Assembly: GCA_016781115.1 (NCBI GenBank) | Contig: JADDQX010000001.1 | Location: forward strand, 1 to 42,036 | Direction: 5' to 3' | Source of the DNA: Actinomycetota bacterium | GTDB lineage: Bacteria; Actinomycetota; CADDZG01; WHSQ01 | Length of the DNA: 42,036 nt | Part shown: one piece after another, positions 40,329-42,036 of the stretch | How the letters are laid out: the number at the start of each line of letters is the position of its first letter | Position numbering within the stretch: position 1 is the first letter of the stretch | Program-made: the position numbers and the translations under genes | The notes under the pieces: generated by a model | What the model was told of the DNA's origin: nothing | The model's database searches: none | What the model saw: the letters and a program-made list of their open reading frames with translations, nothing else

Positions 40329-42036
40329 AGGCCGGGACCTTTCGCGATGGACGCGAACTTCGTGTACTGGTTCATGAACGCGAGTCTGACGGTTCCGGTG
40401 GGGCCGTTGCGATGCTTCGCAACGATGAGCTCGGCTTCACCCTTGTTCGGCGAGTCGGGGTTATAGACCTCGTCGCGATAGATGAACATCACCATGTCCG
40501 AGTCCTGTTCGATACTATTATGGGAAAATATTCCATTCGCCACGAAGTTGTGGTTTCCAGTGACCGTTGCGTCGTAGACCTCTTCCTCACCCAGATAATC
40601 CACGCCTACGACCGAATCCCAGAAAAGGTCCGACCCAGCTAGCGCTAGAAGTTCCGCATCGTTGTAGTACTCACCTAGTTTCTGAACGACGGTCCGGGTC
40701 GGTGCGGAATATCGATTGAAGCTAGGTTCGAAGCCAACGCCGACGGCTGCCGCAATCGATTTCAGAGACGCGGTCCCCGCGACCATGATGAATCTCTGCC
40801 ACACGTCTTCCGGAATGGTGTCGCGATTCGACCAGGTTCGGCGGGTGCTCATGTACTGAACGATCTCTGCCAACCCCGGCTTCTTAGGGCCGAAGGCCCC
40901 GATCTCATTCACGAACGATTCCATGGATGACCCCGACGTCACGAACGCCTGATGCATGTCCCGATACGAACCTTTGTGCGTGGTTCCCAGCCGCACCACG
41001 ATTCCGAAGCGCAACAGAAGATCGGCTACGTCTTCAACCAGTCTCCTGCTAGACGAGGCGTAGTAGATGGATGGCCCTCGCGACCCGCGGGCTGAAGGAC
41101 GGTGACCTATGAACCCATCCGTCGCCCAGAGGTGGCGCAGGAAGAGTGCGATCTGGCGCTTGGGCAGCCCGAAGACCTCTTTGGGGATGAACTTCTCGTG
41201 CGAGCGCTTGTCGTACAGGCCGAGCGAATCCATCCACGCGACGATCGGATTCCTGCGGCCGTGCGTGACCGGGTAAGGCGACGGCATGAACAGTTGGTAC
41301 GAGCGAGCCTGTGGCTCGAACTTGATCCGGACCGTCACTCCGAACGCCTTGGCCGCGTCTCCGACCGCCTGCAGGTTCTCCTGGCTCATCGACGCGTACC
41401 GGGTCGGCAGACGACGCAGGCAACTGCCGTCGCCGATCATGTGAGCGAGCAGGATCACATGCTCGTCCGGCCACTCCACCGTCTGTTCAGGTTCTGGAAG
41501 CATCCGAGGGATCGCCAGCCTCTCGCCGATCTCTAGCTCGTCCACCCGCTTCCAGCCATCGAAGGAGAGGAACGGATGATTCGCCGACGCCTTGATCTCG
41601 CGGCCCGAGCGGAGCTTGAGCTTGTAGATCTTCTTCACTCCGCTCGAGAAAACATGCGTCATGTTGCCGCGCTCGATCTTTAGGTCTTCGTTGACCGTCC
41701 AAACAGGAATGTCTCGCGCTCCGGAGCGGCAGAGATCACCCATCGTCACCCATTCACCCGTGTCGGCACGCGCAATGCGGGTGTCGGCGGTCAAGCATCC
41801 CGATTCACGGAGGTCACCTAGGAACGGGCGCTTGTCCGAGCGATATTCGACGCCTCGGTTGAGCTGCGACGCGCAGATCACGGGGATCGACAGTTCCTTC
41901 GCGAGGATCTTCAAGGACCGAGAGATCTCAGAGACCTCCTGCTGACGGTTCTCGGACTTCCGCGGCGACTGCATCAACTGCAGGTAGTCGATGATCACGA
42001 GGCCGAGCCCGTGCTTTGCCTTCAGGCGCCGGCACT
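40325..42036 (-). CDS. dnaB: Replicative DNA helicase DnaB (5' part outside window), intein-containing
   Basis: IIDYLQL, SQLNR, DLRESG|intein|SIEQDSD, AKHRNGPTG. Confidence 0.96.
   Translation of the reverse strand, partial: CRRLKAKHGLGLVIIDYLQLMQSPRKSENRQQEVSEISRSLKILAKELSIPVICASQLNRGVEYRSDKRPFLGDLRESGCLTADTRIARADTGEWVTMGDLCRSGARDIPVWTVNEDLKIERGNMTHVFSSGVKKIYKLKLRSGREIKASANHPFLSFDGWKRVDELEIGERLAIPRMLPEPEQTVEWPDEHVILLAHMIGDGSCLRRLPTRYASMSQENLQAVGDAAKAFGVTVRIKFEPQARSYQLFMPSPYPVTHGRRNPIVAWMDSLGLYDKRSHEKFIPKEVFGLPKRQIALFLRHLWATDGFIGHRPSARGSRGPSIYYASSSRRLVEDVADLLLRFGIVVRLGTTHKGSYRDMHQAFVTSGSSMESFVNEIGAFGPKKPGLAEIVQYMSTRRTWSNRDTIPEDVWQRFIMVAGTASLKSIAAAVGVGFEPSFNRYSAPTRTVVQKLGEYYNDAELLALAGSDLFWDSVVGVDYLGEEEVYDATVTGNHNFVANGIFSHNSIEQDSDMVMFIYRDEVYNPDSPNKGEAELIVAKHRNGPTGTVRLAFMNQYTKFASIAKGPGL
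40517..41797 (-). mobile_element. DnaB intein (427 aa) with LAGLIDADG homing endonuclease
   Basis: Begins CLTADT after LRESG; block B ASANHPF; endonuclease motifs LLAHMIGDG and FLRHLWATDG; ends HNFVANGIFSHN followed by Ser +1. Confidence 0.95.

Overview
High-GC actinobacterial chromosomal window made mostly of core metabolic genes. From the left: divergent tRNA-Asp/tRNA-Phe; bldC-like regulator; Leu/Phe/Val dehydrogenase plus a branched-chain 2-oxoacid dehydrogenase (E1a/E1b/E2); a convergent tyrosine-catabolism operon (ech-hppD-hmgA-fah); an orphan GAF histidine kinase; a long purine cluster (dodecin-purA-purD-purE-crcB, tetR, purB-purC-yip1-purS-purQ-purL-purF); yyaL-arfB; a GT4 glycosyltransferase; mca; ilvA; class II DAHP synthase; an EtfD/FadF-like membrane Fe-S oxidoreductase; dcd; tRNA-Gly with a duplicated 3' end; a diguanylate cyclase; a methyltransferase; an endonuclease III-like gene; and the 3' part of dnaB carrying a 427-aa LAGLIDADG intein. 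The main hidden feature, absent from the ORF track, is a 78-aa SelW/Rdx-family selenoprotein gene (33482-33718, minus strand). It has an in-frame TGA in a CxxU motif, a bacterial SECIS-like hairpin right after the TGA, and an apparently leaderless promoter. Other points of note are pervasive leaderless and bidirectional promoters, 10-bp periodic repeats upstream of bldC, a membrane protein with a RanBP2-type zinc finger, and a probable CTG start coupled to the dnaB stop.
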